Positions 51,801 to 64,000 of a DNA stretch of 64,000 bases are shown here, in pieces. Numbering within the stretch: the first letter of the stretch is position 1; each line of letters opens with the position of its first letter. The stretch comes from Lingula anatina. Lineage: Eukaryota > Animalia > Brachiopoda. The position numbers and the translations under genes are program-made. The notes under the pieces were generated by a model that worked only from the letters and a program-made list of their open reading frames with translations, made no database searches and was not told the DNA's origin. Location: contig CM120646.1 of the NCBI GenBank assembly GCA_051362555.1, forward strand, positions 14,136,001 to 14,200,000. Direction: 5' to 3'.

Positions 51801-54800
51801 ATGGCTCACTACCGTTTTCTCAGACAGTACATTGGCCCAGTGAAGGCTGTGATATTAGACTGGAGTGGGACCACTGCAGACAAGTATGTCATCGCCCCAG
51901 CTGTGGTCTTCAAGGATGTGTTTGAGAAACACCGTGTGCCCATTACAATGGAGGAGGCTAGGCTGCCCATGGGACTGAGGAAGGATCTCCATATTAAGGT
52001 AAACATGTACTTTGGTAATAACTCAGTCTTTTTTATTGGGCAGAAATTATCAACCTTTCAGAAACGTAATTTTATAATTACAAAATTATATTTTATATAG
52101 CATAGAATAAAACTAAAAAAATTATATTTTAAGAAATTATGACTTAAAAATAAAGTATCTGTAAATTCACAATTTCCCCCCATTGAAAAGATTGAGTAAT
52201 CACCATATTACATACTGTATGTATTATATTAATGTACCAAGAAAATAATTGTAGGCACACTGGTGTGATAACCAGAGATATCATCATTCTAATGTTATTA
52301 TACATGTAGTAATATTTGAGTCACTCCCATAATGGAAATGTAGACTGGTGAATTTTACCCGTAATGGTTAATATTGAAATTTAAAACTTACAAATGAGCC
52401 TGTAGATCTTTATGTTTTTTTAACATTTTAAGTATCGGTAGGCTATGTAAGTAGCTAAGTGATTACTGAAAAACTGTTGAAATTTACAAGAATTGTTTTT
52501 TTTTTTTTTGGTGTTGTTGTTGCTCATATAAAGGTTTAGTGTACATTGTACAGTGCATATACATTTATGTCTATAAGCTAGCTACCAGTATATATGTAAA
52601 TTATAATATGCGTATATAAAATCTTAATCATTTTCCCAGGCAAAATACTGGTACATATTCAGTGCATTAAAGTAGATGCACTCATTACATATGACAGAAT
52701 AATAAACCCTAAGGAAAATTATACAGTGATAAGTGTAAGCATGATTATAAAATTCTAGTGTTTAATATTATCCCTTCAGGCATTAACTGAGATTCCAGAG
52801 GTACGGGAGAGATGGCACAGTGTGTATAACCGCTACCCTAACCAGCAGGATGTGGACAACATGTTCAAGGACTTTGTTCCTATGCAGTTGGCATGCTTAC
52901 CTAAGTACACAACCCTCATTCCAGGCTGTGTAGAAGCCACACAGGTGAGTCCTTGCCCCCCCTCCCTCTCTCTCTCTCTCTCTCCAAGCTGTGCAAAGAC
53001 CAAACAGTTATTATATATGAAGTTTAATGTCCACAAAATTTGATTTCTAATCAGAAAATGTACACTACCAGTGCCCCACTTTTCCCTAGTAGATCTCAGT
53101 TTAAATTTAATTTTAAGGTGTGGCAAGTAAAACATTGCAAATTGATGTTTGTTACACTTAGCATTATTTCAAGCATGCCCCATTTCAGACAATCTTAGAC
53201 CTAACGCAATAATATATGTATGTCTCACCTAACGCAATAATATATCTATGTCTCACCTAACACACTTTTATAAAGAGTCTCTCACCTTATGCATTGTTAT
53301 AAATTGCAGAGATTGCAGAATGAACTGAAGTGCAAACTGGGAACCACCACTGGTTTCACCAGAGCCATGGTGGACATACTATTAGCAGATGCTATAAAAC
53401 AAGGTGAGCATAGGCTTAAATTGTTGCACTGTAGGGCATGAATGAAAAACTTACAGATTCTTGCGGACCTTCATATGCATTTTAAAAAGAGAGAGAAATA
53501 TTTTATTTAAAAATAAATGGAAAGGAAAGGCATCAAGGACTTTATATGAGTAAAAATTTAAGCGAAAGTATTTTTTACATAATTTTGATTTTTTTATGTA
53601 GACATTATTTCAAGGCAGTAATGTGATGTTTCTTTGACTAAATTTACTCATAATTTATCCTCCACTTACAATTAATAAAAGATGTAATTTTATTTTGATT
53701 TTTTTTCTATTTTCCGCTTTGCATTTTTCTTGTATATTGTTGAATATGCATATTTTTGGCAAAGGTTTGATATATTTTTTTGCAATGCTAGTTCGTTTTA
53801 CTGCTGCTTATGGACCTAGTGGTAAAACAGAGTATGGAACCTTTTAAATGGATTGCCTCAATAATCTGAAGATTCATTGGTTCAAAGGTTCATTAGTCCC
53901 AATATCACATGCATGGGCATCAAATGAACTTTATCACCAGTACACTATAAACTTAATTGTTGCATTAACTGGACTATCAAACCTTCAGACCAACGAACAT
54001 TCGGACTATTGCATTGCTACAGCCCTTTTCAGATAATTCCAAGCTTAATTAACTTATTTACTTCATTTAATGCATTTATCCAATTTTTGTTTGTCCCACC
54101 AATTTCATTCCCTGCTTAACCTAACAACCTGCACTTTAGGGTACAAACCAGATGTCACAGTGGCGGGAGATGAGGTCATCAATGGGGCTCGTCCTAAACC
54201 CCACATGGTCTACAAAAACATGGACTTGCTGGACGTGAACCCCATCCAAGCTGTGGTCAAGGTACACTACATGCCAACCTTACAATTAAGTGACATCATT
54301 TTATTAGTGTGAATACCCCTCTCCTGAACTGAATATAGGATTCCAGTATTCCCAGTTCTTTACCTTACCTAAAAGTTAGAAAAGATTTATCTGTGGGCTG
54401 TGCCTAAGCACTACAAAATGATCTACACTGCATCTTTTTTTTTTTTTCGTCAACAGATATTCTGCAGAGGTGATGGGATAGGAGAGTGTGCTTGCCACCC
54501 CCCCCCCCCCCAAACCCCACCTCCTCTCACCAGCCCCATCACCTCCAAAGTTTTATATCATTACTTTATATCAATTGCAAACTATGCATTGATTGCATGA
54601 TTTCTAAGTTATTGATTTTACTATAAAGATTCATTAAAATAAAAAGAGTTGGAATTTAAATGCAGTATAACACTGTTGTGCCTAAGGTTACTTGGATGTA
54701 AATGATATATAGGCAGGGAGGGGCAGCTAGCTATGCCTTTGCTTGATGCTTTATCATTTTCATTTTGTATTTTTGATGCAGTTTATGCACATGGGATGTG

Positions 54801-55681
54801 AATGATTAGAGAATTAGATTTGTGTTTGTTAGTATCTTTAAAAGACAGCAGGTGGTATCGTAGGCGTTAACTTAATAGATAGAATCCCCCCCCCCCACCA
54901 TGCACCCCCCTCCACAATCTTTCTCCTCATTCTCTAAAAATGGCCGAAACACCAGCAAAATGAAAAGAAACTATCATCATAACTCAACATAGAACACAGT
55001 TGGTGGAATTGTTATCAGGGTTGTGGGAAAGACATATGCTATGTGCTACAGTTGTATAGCTGATGTATTTGTTTCCCCAGGTTGATGACACTGTATCGGG
55101 AGTGGGAGAAGCTATCGAGGCAGGCTGTTGGGGCGTGGGAGTGGCCAGGTACAGCAACTATATGGGGATTCATACTCTTGAAGATGAGGGTATGTACTAG
55201 AACATGTTTTATCTTTTTTAATGGCAACTTACCGAGGTATGCATTTTTTTGTTTATCGTTTATTTCAAGCAAAATGCATGTAACTCTGTATCATATGCAT
55301 TGTCAGAAAGTGATAAGAATTTGTACGCACTTGTTTGCTTTTGAAGAAAATTTTTTCTTATAAATATATTTTAAAAACTTTGAAAAATATGCTTTATACT
55401 TGATTTAAAATTTTTTCTTTTCATATTTGAATATTTAAATAAATATTATAAAATACATATTTCCAAGTGCACCTTAAATAAGCTATATCCAGGAACTTTA
55501 AAGGCGATTTTGTATTGGCATTTCAGCTAAAGTATCAGCAGAAGATATGGAGGTACGGACTGAGAAATCACGTGACCTACTGAGGAAGTCAGGTGCCCAT
55601 TTCGTCATTGATTCCATTGCGGAGCTCCCAGAAGTGGTGGAAGATATCAACCAGAGATTGGCTCGGGGAGAGAAACCATAA
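51801..55681 (+). CDS. phnX: Phosphonoacetaldehyde hydrolase (phosphonatase, HAD superfamily), 280 aa, intron-containing
   Basis: Exons 51801-51998, 52780-52944, 53310-53403, 54140-54261, 55081-55189 and 55527-55681, in phase (843 nt). Motifs: VILDWSGTTAD (DWxGT nucleophile), EARLPMGLRKDLHI (Schiff-base Lys cap loop), GTTTGF, ARPKPHM, VKVDDT and GAHFVIDSIAELP..INQRLARGEKP. Confidence 0.95.
53199..53262. repeat. 28-bp tandem repeat in phnX intron 2
   Basis: ACCTAACGCAATAATATATSTATGTCTC twice, plus a partial third copy. Confidence 0.85.
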
Positions 55682-57114
55682 GCAGTTATGATCTTCTGGA
55701 AGGAACGCGCCTTGCTAAGACAAGCTTATTGTCGTTGGTATTGTATTAATTGTACTCTCAAGCATTAGAACATATCCAAATAATATAATTAGACTATTAC
55801 AATGCCAAAGATCCAGTCATATATTGATAAACCGGTGAAAACCAGCGATCTTTTTAGTATATTTGTAGATCGATGCATAGTACATGTGTATGAGTATACT
55901 GCACACTTTGTTAGTACTATACTACAAGTAGTGGATCTACTGATTTCTACTGTTTTCTTTGATAAGTAATATCTTTTTCAGTGCGAAAATATATTGATAA
56001 ATCTAAAGGTGGGTGACATTTATGATGCTAAACAGTTCCATTTAGTGGCAATTAACTGCTGCCATAATTATGTCTGACTTCTTGTCTGTTATTTAAACGT
56101 TTTAATCGCCCGTGATGCACAAAAATATTTACTGTATCACACAATTTCATATATATTTATTTTTAATTAAGAATTCTAAAAAAAAAGAAAATGGCAAGAG
56201 ACTATCGTTTAATTCACAAGTGGATATTTAATCTAAATATAGTTCTAAAAATATGATATTAAAATACAGTAATGCACTAGCTGTACAAGTATGATGGATC
56301 CCAGTTGAATGTTGTATTCATGTACTAGTATACGTGTATCATTCGTTGCATCTGGTGTCATTCCGTTACACGCATTATTGACGAAATGAAATTTGGAATC
56401 GTCCGAGTTTGGCCGAAGGCAGGTAGATAAACAATAAAAGTATCACGGTATTACGTCGTTTATGGTTGTGGATTTATACTTAACAAGTGTTTTAAGGCAA
56501 TATTCTAGTAATGCCGGGTGATTTTATTATATTTCATGCTTTATTTTATTCTATTCACGAGAGAAAGACGAGCACTATACCCTAATATATGGTAATGTTC
56601 AGGTATATTACAATATGGATAGACGGTACATGTAAAAGTTAACCTGAGTAATAATCTTAAGACTAAATTAAACTTGTTCTATAAATTTCACCTCGGTATT
56701 TGATTTTTACTATTTGGTTTCTGCTGTCGTTTCAGAATAGCTCTAAAGGGATATTACCTGTAATTCTGATAAATTCCGTTAGTAAAACTGGCTATTTCGG
56801 TGTATCGCCAAGTATGAACACTTCAGAATCTTTCCAGTCTGATCCAGGTAGAGATTGAATAAATTGCCTTCTGTTATCAGGCGCATCTCAAATGGTATAC
56901 AAAACTTAAGTACAGGCAATTTTGTAACAGACCACTAGTGCACTCTGAAAATTGCATACTAGGATAAGAATAAACAGGCTTAACCTTCTAGTGACTGAAG
57001 CACCTGTGTATCGTACGTCTGCCTCTAATATGTTATTAATATGTTATTCCCAGTGCAGATATTTTGACAAGGATTCTTATTCATACAAAAGTTCAAGAGA
57101 TGAAATGTATTTGA

Positions 57115-57162
<48 letters not shown>

Positions 57163-57520
57163 AATAACACGAAATAGAGCAGGACAATCACTAAGTCATT
57201 GCGAAGTTTCAAGGTGATTCCGCTTCGGCTTTTGGCAACAACTCTTTATCCGTTTTCAGGTCAAATATTGCCCTGAAAGGCAAATGAATAAATAAATATG
57301 AATAAATGATTAAATGTGTCGTATTACTTTGGAATATTAAAGACTTAAAATGTGCCTAAATTTGTTGTTTAACGAAAATTGTTATTTTGTTTCACGTTTA
57401 ACAGCCATAGAGTGAAATGTTTCTCAATAACTAATCACATAGCTTGATGAAATATCGTCATAGAAAAAATACAAAAATTCTCACTTACCCGAAAAAGCAT
57501 CAAATAGTAGACGGTTTTAT

Positions 57521-59028
57521 TTAGGGGCACATTTTTTTGATCAATGCTTCAACAGCTCTCCTGATGAACGAAGGAAAACGGTTCGTGTCAAATGATTTGC
57601 ATATAGCTGGGGTTGGAACGACGGCTGTAACAAAAAGGATATTATAGACTGAAATTTTGTTGATTGTCAAATCAGTTAAAAGGTAAATGTCCTGAATTTA
57701 TTTTGATATTAATATTTTACTATTGTACCAGGCTTATCTGTATTTTACAGCTACATGTAGATGACCAGGTAAATCCCATGGATATTAATTGAGATCATGG
57801 GTTTCAAGTAACATGTGCAAAGATAATAATTCCATTTGGCTTGACGAATTTATCACGCTTAAAAGATAAAATTGAGAACAGGAAGACGAAAATAAGAAGA
57901 AGAAAATAAAGAGAGAAAGTATTAATTGGCTGAAAATTGACTCTCCACAAACCTGGTGTTTTACAAGAATCTGGCCCCTCTGCGAAATGTTTCTTTTTGT
58001 CCACCAATGTGTTTGAGCTCTTCACTTTATAACAGAAGCATGGGAACCTTTTCGTGAGAACCTCAAATTTGATGTTGAGTTTGTAGAACAGCTTGTTTCC
58101 ATCTGGTCCTGGTTGGCCGTCATCATACATAGAATTGTATCTATAACAAAATGAGTCGTTGCTTGTTCAGTATATTTTCTTAAAATACGAACGCCCAAGA
58201 TATATTTAAATCTAGGTAAATAAAAATTGAAAATTAAATAATTGAGTAAATAAAAATATGAATTAAATAAAGAATTCAAATGTTAAGAAATAAGGAGAGA
58301 GAAAACTTTATTTTATTTTTACTTTACAAAAAGTTGTCTATGTATAATCAAACTATAAAACTATTAAGTCAATACAACATGAAGAGGAATTTCCTTGAAG
58401 TATAAAGCGCAGCTAAAGTCATGACATGCTTTTCCGTAATAATTATTCATCATTATGACAACATTAAAACTAAAGCTATTGTTCATTATCTCACGTCATA
58501 TAAACGCACCTGTTTCGCTGTAAAGGGTTGTCTTGTGGTTTAGTACAGTCGTATCTGAGAAGGAAATCGAACTTCAGTTTAGCTTTGGCTAGTCGCAGTC
58601 CGATAAGTCTGACCGCAGCAGAGGCGACCTCTGTGGTCGACTGCATCTTTAGTACGCCCTCAGTCTCTCTGTTGTCGATGGGTATCTCAATTGGATTCAG
58701 CTTGATCTAAAATACGCAAATATATATTTCTATACGTTTTAGACATAAATTTAAATGCATATATAGACTATTTCATATTTCTCATAAATTCATTCACAGG
58801 CGTACTCACGCACTTAATTTATATAATTCTGTATTCAATAGTCCTACTTGTTATACATACTGTGATTTTCAACAGCGCTGAAGCAATTTGATCTTAATAC
58901 ACCAAAATGTAGCTTTATGTTTGCAGCTTAACTTACGTACCAAAAATAATGACTGATGAAAATAAATTGTTAGAGACAGATTGAAAAGTCAACTGTAAGA
59001 GTTTAATAATACCAAGTAATAATACAGT

Positions 59029-59077
<49 letters not shown>

Positions 59078-60272
59078 CATTGATTGTGACAATTGGTTCT
59101 TTTATTTTAAAAAGGCAACGAAAGCACAGTTATAATTTTTTTCCCTTACTTTCAATAATCTAGCAATGCCGCTAAGTCTAAAGTCTGCATCCAGATCAAT
59201 GCGGATCTTCCAAGGGTTCTTACAGAAGGTGAACTTTGCCCTCGGGTTTCTCACCATATCTGAAGCTAATTGTGGAATGGGGCAGAAATCTGGACTCGTG
59301 CAACAATTCCCGGTACAGCTGGTAGGCAGGCAGCTCAGGATCTGCATCACCTGGTCCAGTGAGCCGAGGGCCTTGACGACAGCATCGGGGATGTTCCCCG
59401 TGCGCATTAGCCGTTCCACGCGCTGCCGGATTGCATTCACGTCGATCTGGCGCTTCTCCCGAATTGCTGAAATGAAAATCGATACTGATATGACCTCTTC
59501 TGTTACTTTGTTCCTAGAAAAAAATACATACCGTAATGCCTTTGCTCTTGAATATTCTATTCCTTATGCTTTCAGGGCTGTTAATTGGAAAACATTTGTA
59601 ATAATTTTTTTTATTACTTTCATTTATTTATTTATCTGCTTATTTATTCATTTACTTTTGTACAACAATATCAGTGAATACGATGAAAATTCTATCAGAA
59701 ATGACAAAGCAAGGCCTCTTTTTAAAGTTACTTTTAAGCGTGTAAATTGTGCTTTGCCACTTTAAATAAAATGAACACAGACTGCCTGAACTTTTGGCTT
59801 AATGAGATCACGCCTTACTCGACCTCTTTTCTTAACAGTCTATACGTTATATATTATCTCCTGTAGTTGTTAATTCTTGCAGCCCAAACCTTACCATTCA
59901 CTGAGGTGTCATGTTTTATCTGTAAAACGATCTGTCTGAATTTAAATTCGACTCTAGACAAATTAATAAGTAAATGTAGACAACAAAAAGTAAAAAGAGA
60001 CAAGAGGTCGATCATACATAGCAACTTCTCCGCTCTTCGCAAGAGGTTTGTACATTTATCCTTATTTTAATTCTATTTTCATTTACTTTTTGGAACATGC
60101 ATGAAGTCAAAGCAACGGTTTAATGACGTTTTCTTTTGGCTGTGACAACAACCTGCCCCCTTAATTTGATATTTTTAAAGTATATAAAACATTTAAGCTT
60201 ACCTAATTCTGATGCCGTGCAGATAGCAACTAAAGATGCAAGACATAGTAAAATCCCACATAAACGACCCAT
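57521..60272 (-). CDS. Uncharacterised secreted Cys-containing proprotein, paralog 1 (~291 aa)
   Basis: Exons 60272-60203, 59466-59150, 58706-58510, 58140-57953 and 57624-57521, in phase. An extra small exon near 59895-59953 is possible. Signal peptide MGRLCGILLCLASLVAICTA, a REKR/Q site, and TATAAATA at 60350-60357. The family is not recognised. Confidence 0.8.
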
Positions 60273-60984
60273 CTTCTCTTCAAAGGTTAAATTTGTTGTC
60301 GCCTCTGCTGAACCACGGAAAAAAATAATGCGTTTATTGCCCCGTTCTTTATTTATATTCTTCCCAACACGGAACAGCACCAGATGTAATAAAACTGATT
60401 TGACCACCAGACAGGATGCGATGTGTAGGTAGGGCTGTTAGGATCCGGGTTGACTGAGCCGCTAACAAGTTGGCCTGGAGCAAGTGTCCCAGAACCGAAT
60501 GTCAGGTCTCGTCATCAGGTTGTTTTGTCGACATCAAAGCCCTGGTTACGGTAACTTACAGGATATGGTTATTGTGGCTTTCGGGAACGACAGAACACTG
60601 TTAGTGTACCAAGCACGGAAAAATCTGCCAGCTTGGTGGTTGGATTTCAGATGATTTTAGCCACTTATAACTGCCCACCGCAAAAAAGAGGGAACAGGAG
60701 GTTATAAGGTGCCAACAGAAAAGTCTATGATGCTCTGTATACTTCTGAAATAACAATTAACTTATTTGTCAAGTGATATGCGGGAAGAAATTTTGAATAA
60801 GCATGGCAGCTTGTAGAGAAGACATGTGAGTGTAAAGCACACTTTCCCTATAAGTTGTAGCCTACATGTACATATCATTCCGACAGACCATATACCCGGT
60901 ATTTATTCAACTACCATTCACCTCATTATGGTCAGAACATCCTTGAACTAAATTATCATGTAAAGTCATGCTGAGCAGTAGATT

Positions 60985-61027
<43 letters not shown>

Positions 61028-62594
61028 GGGGAACGGTTGTCGTGAAAATCTCAATATGTTTCCCTGTGTGACTTGACAGATAGTCCCCATGATAGAGAGT
61101 GCGGATCCCATTAATTTGCACAGGTCTTGACCCACTTACGTCAGGCTAACCCTAACCGGTATAATTAAAAGGAGGGTGGACTCTCTGTTACACGGACTTT
61201 CAGTTTCGTCACACAGGCTTAACTCAGTAACGCGGATTTTCATCCGTCACAATACAACACACTCGGCATTTCAACATAAGGCTGTGCAAAATTTATTGAA
61301 ATTACACCGAGTAATGAAACAATGCTTTTACATGATCACGAATTTTGACGATTTTCGAATGGTGGAGAGGCAATAACATGAGGCCAATTAGTTCAATGAG
61401 ATGACCTCCATACTGGAGCTCAAAAGCCACTGAATGAACTAAATACGATATCAAGAAGTTGTCAGCGTGTCTTCATTATTTTCAATTATCTTTCCCAGTT
61501 TTGGGCACACATGGGTGACATTTAATGATATTTAACCTATTTCGTTGAAAATAAGAAACGCCCTATTTCTGACTTCTACTAGTTTATAATTATATACCGG
61601 GTATGTTTATGTTTTCATCGGCCAGGTTGCATACTGCACCAGCATCCCGCAATTTTATAATATTTTTATTCAGTTTATAGCTCTTAAAGAGGACACGAGA
61701 CAATCGCTTCATTCACAAGTTTATAATTAATCTCATTATAGTTTTGAAAATATTTTATTACAAATTTGAAAATATGATATTGAAAGAATGTACTGGTTGT
61801 AAAATGGACTCTAGCTGAATGTAATTATATAGATTTGTGTAAATATTATTGGTCACATCTTGTGTGATTCTGTCGCTCACATTATTGACGAAATGAAATC
61901 CGGATTTGTTCAAGCTTGGTCGAATGCAGGTGCAAACTCTGTGTGCTATAAAACCATCACGATATTGTTTTTTCAGAATCATTTAAACCGAGTGTTTAAA
62001 GCAAGTATTCTAGAAATGCCGGGGTGTTTTTATTTCATTTCCTGTTTTATTTCAACTTAATACACAAGAGAATGACACACACATAAATAATATATTACAG
62101 TACATAAAGATGGTACAAAATAATCTTAGCAATATAATCTTATGACAAAATTAATTTGAAGGAAACCTTTTTCTTATAAAAATTAACTTCAGACATCTCA
62201 TTTTTACATATCTGGTAGTCGGTACAGATGATGTTTGCGATTTATTTCGTTTGTACAACTGGGTTCATCGGTGTATCGACCAGTAAGCTTTTTTTTTTGT
62301 ACTGTTTAGAATATCATCCAGGAATCAGATCCAGGCGGGATTTTTCAGAGCAAGTTCTGAATGTTTAAGGCACCTGTTGGATTGCCTCCAAGTTCGTGGT
62401 CTCAACCGCTAGTGAGCAAAATTGATATCATTCTCAGCACCTTGTGCTGTTATGCATAAAAAGTTCCATAAATGAAATGTATTTGACAGTAAATTGGCAA
62501 AAAAAAAAAAAAAAAATCTTCGTGAAGTTAAATCCTGATTTCGCTCCGGCTTTCGCCATCAATATTTTTCAGGTAAAATATCGGTCTGAAAATA

Positions 62595-62641
<47 letters not shown>

Positions 62642-62865
62642 AGCATTAGACATTTTGTTGAACAGTGTTATATTGGTCACTTTCAAATGTGTCTAAATCC
62701 GAAGTTATTTTTTAAAATATAATCATTTGTTTCATGTTTAGCGTCACAATAATGAAACGGTTCACAAATCGTTTCTTTCAAATAAGATCTACATATATTG
62801 TATGAAATAGCTACAGGTGTACTAACCTGAAAAGTAGTCAACCGATAACTTCGGTATGATGATAT

Positions 62866-64000
62866 TTATGGGCACAATCGCCGGAACTCGTCCCTGAGAG
62901 CGGTCCTAGACCTGCCAAATAAGCATCTATCTGGAGGAGAGACGACAGCTGTAAAAGAAATGAAATGATATATTGCCTGGTTTGCACACAAGAAAATGGA
63001 GGGGGGTGGGGGGGTATCGCAGCCCTGTACCATATATTTACAGAAATTGCAAGGCTCAGGAGATAATAACGGCAATAGGTACAATTCAGATAAACCAGTA
63101 CTTAAACATTTTTATCATCTTAAATATTTGAATTGGGAATTATAAGAAGCTTTACAGGACATATGATGTTGGGGATTTTTAAACGCGTGGAGAGTACTTT
63201 AAATTGACTGAGGATAAGATTTCTACACACCTGGTGTATTACAGGAATCAGGCCCTTCTGCAAAATGTTTCTTTTTGTCCACTAACGTTTCTGAGCTCTT
63301 CAGTTTATAACAGAAGCATGGGAACTTTTTCTTGTAGATCTCAAATTTGATGTTGAGTTTGTAGAACAGTTTGTTCCCATCTGGTCCTGGCTTGCCGTCA
63401 TCATACATAGAGTTGTATCTGTAACAAAACAAGTTATTGATTAGATATGATATTTATGTAAGGAACGTATTAAATTGACTTAAAGTAGAAAGGAAACATG
63501 ATAAATGAATGAAAAGCTATATAGACAAATAAATAAATAAATAATGATAATTTTAAAAAATGGGATAGTAGAACTGCTTTGAGTTTAAACTTAACTCTTC
63601 CAAACATTACCTATGTAAAATTTATCTTAACCTATGCGTAAATGTAGACATCATTGTTAATGAAATTTTGTACCTGTAGGGACGTGCGAAAGAAAATAAA
63701 CATGGACTCGTGAAATGGGCTTGCAGACCAAAGCAAGACTTCAGCAAATAAGTCAAATAAAAAGTAAACACAGTTATCCATTATAGGCTAATCATTCATC
63801 CTCATGATGAATTTGGGATCATAAAGCAATGTAAACGCACCTGTTTCGCTGTAATGGGTTGTTTCGTGGTTTAGTACAGTCGTATCTGAGGAGAAAATCG
63901 AACTTCAGTTTAGCTTTGGCTACGCGCAGTCCGATCACTCTGACTGCAGCAGAGGCGACCTCTGTGGTCGACTGCATCTTCAGTACGCCCTCAGTCTCTC
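62866..64000 (-). CDS. Uncharacterised secreted protein, paralog 2 (5' part outside the window)
   Basis: Exons >64000-63841, 63418-63231 and 62948-62866. The first two are highly similar to paralog 1 (YDDGKPGPDGNKLFYKLNIKFE..FPCFCYK) and the last is divergent. The downstream flank ~61800-62770 is homologous to ~56300-57440. Confidence 0.82.

Noticed and set aside
51801-55681. Bacterial contamination or a phn operon as the source of phnX
   Set aside because: The gene has spliceosomal introns and animal neighbours, and no phnW or transporter genes are adjacent.
59166-59765. 199-aa plus-strand ORF
   Set aside because: Antisense to a minus-strand exon that has proper splice sites and fits a multi-exon gene.
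1-64000. CRISPR array, rRNA or retroelement ORFs
   Set aside because: No regularly spaced repeat-spacer array, rRNA-like sequence or reverse transcriptase/integrase motifs were seen.

Overview
AT-rich, intron-rich animal genomic DNA, probably a marine invertebrate; this is inferred from gene content and repeat style, and the species cannot be read from the sequence. Most short ORFs in the track are spurious, so genes were rebuilt by hand from GT-AG exons with phase checks. From left to right: (1) a NIDO-domain gene ending in a polybasic linker and a ~450-aa coiled coil; (2) two tandem secreted WSC-like genes flanking a frameshifted Tc1 (DD34E) transposon; (3) three minus-strand secreted thyroglobulin type-1 (Tg1) genes, two of the IGFBP-N+Tg1 type and one with three Tg1 domains and an apparent disulfide swap, with a tRNA-Leu(CAG) and foldback MITEs in their introns; (4) a long, polyQ-containing IkB/cactus gene head-to-head with an intron-containing phosphonoacetaldehyde hydrolase (phnX) across a shared NF-kB/ISRE-like interval; (5) two tandem orphan secreted proproteins with a hypervariable C-terminal Cys loop. 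Several MITE families and many TACATGTA palindromes are scattered throughout.
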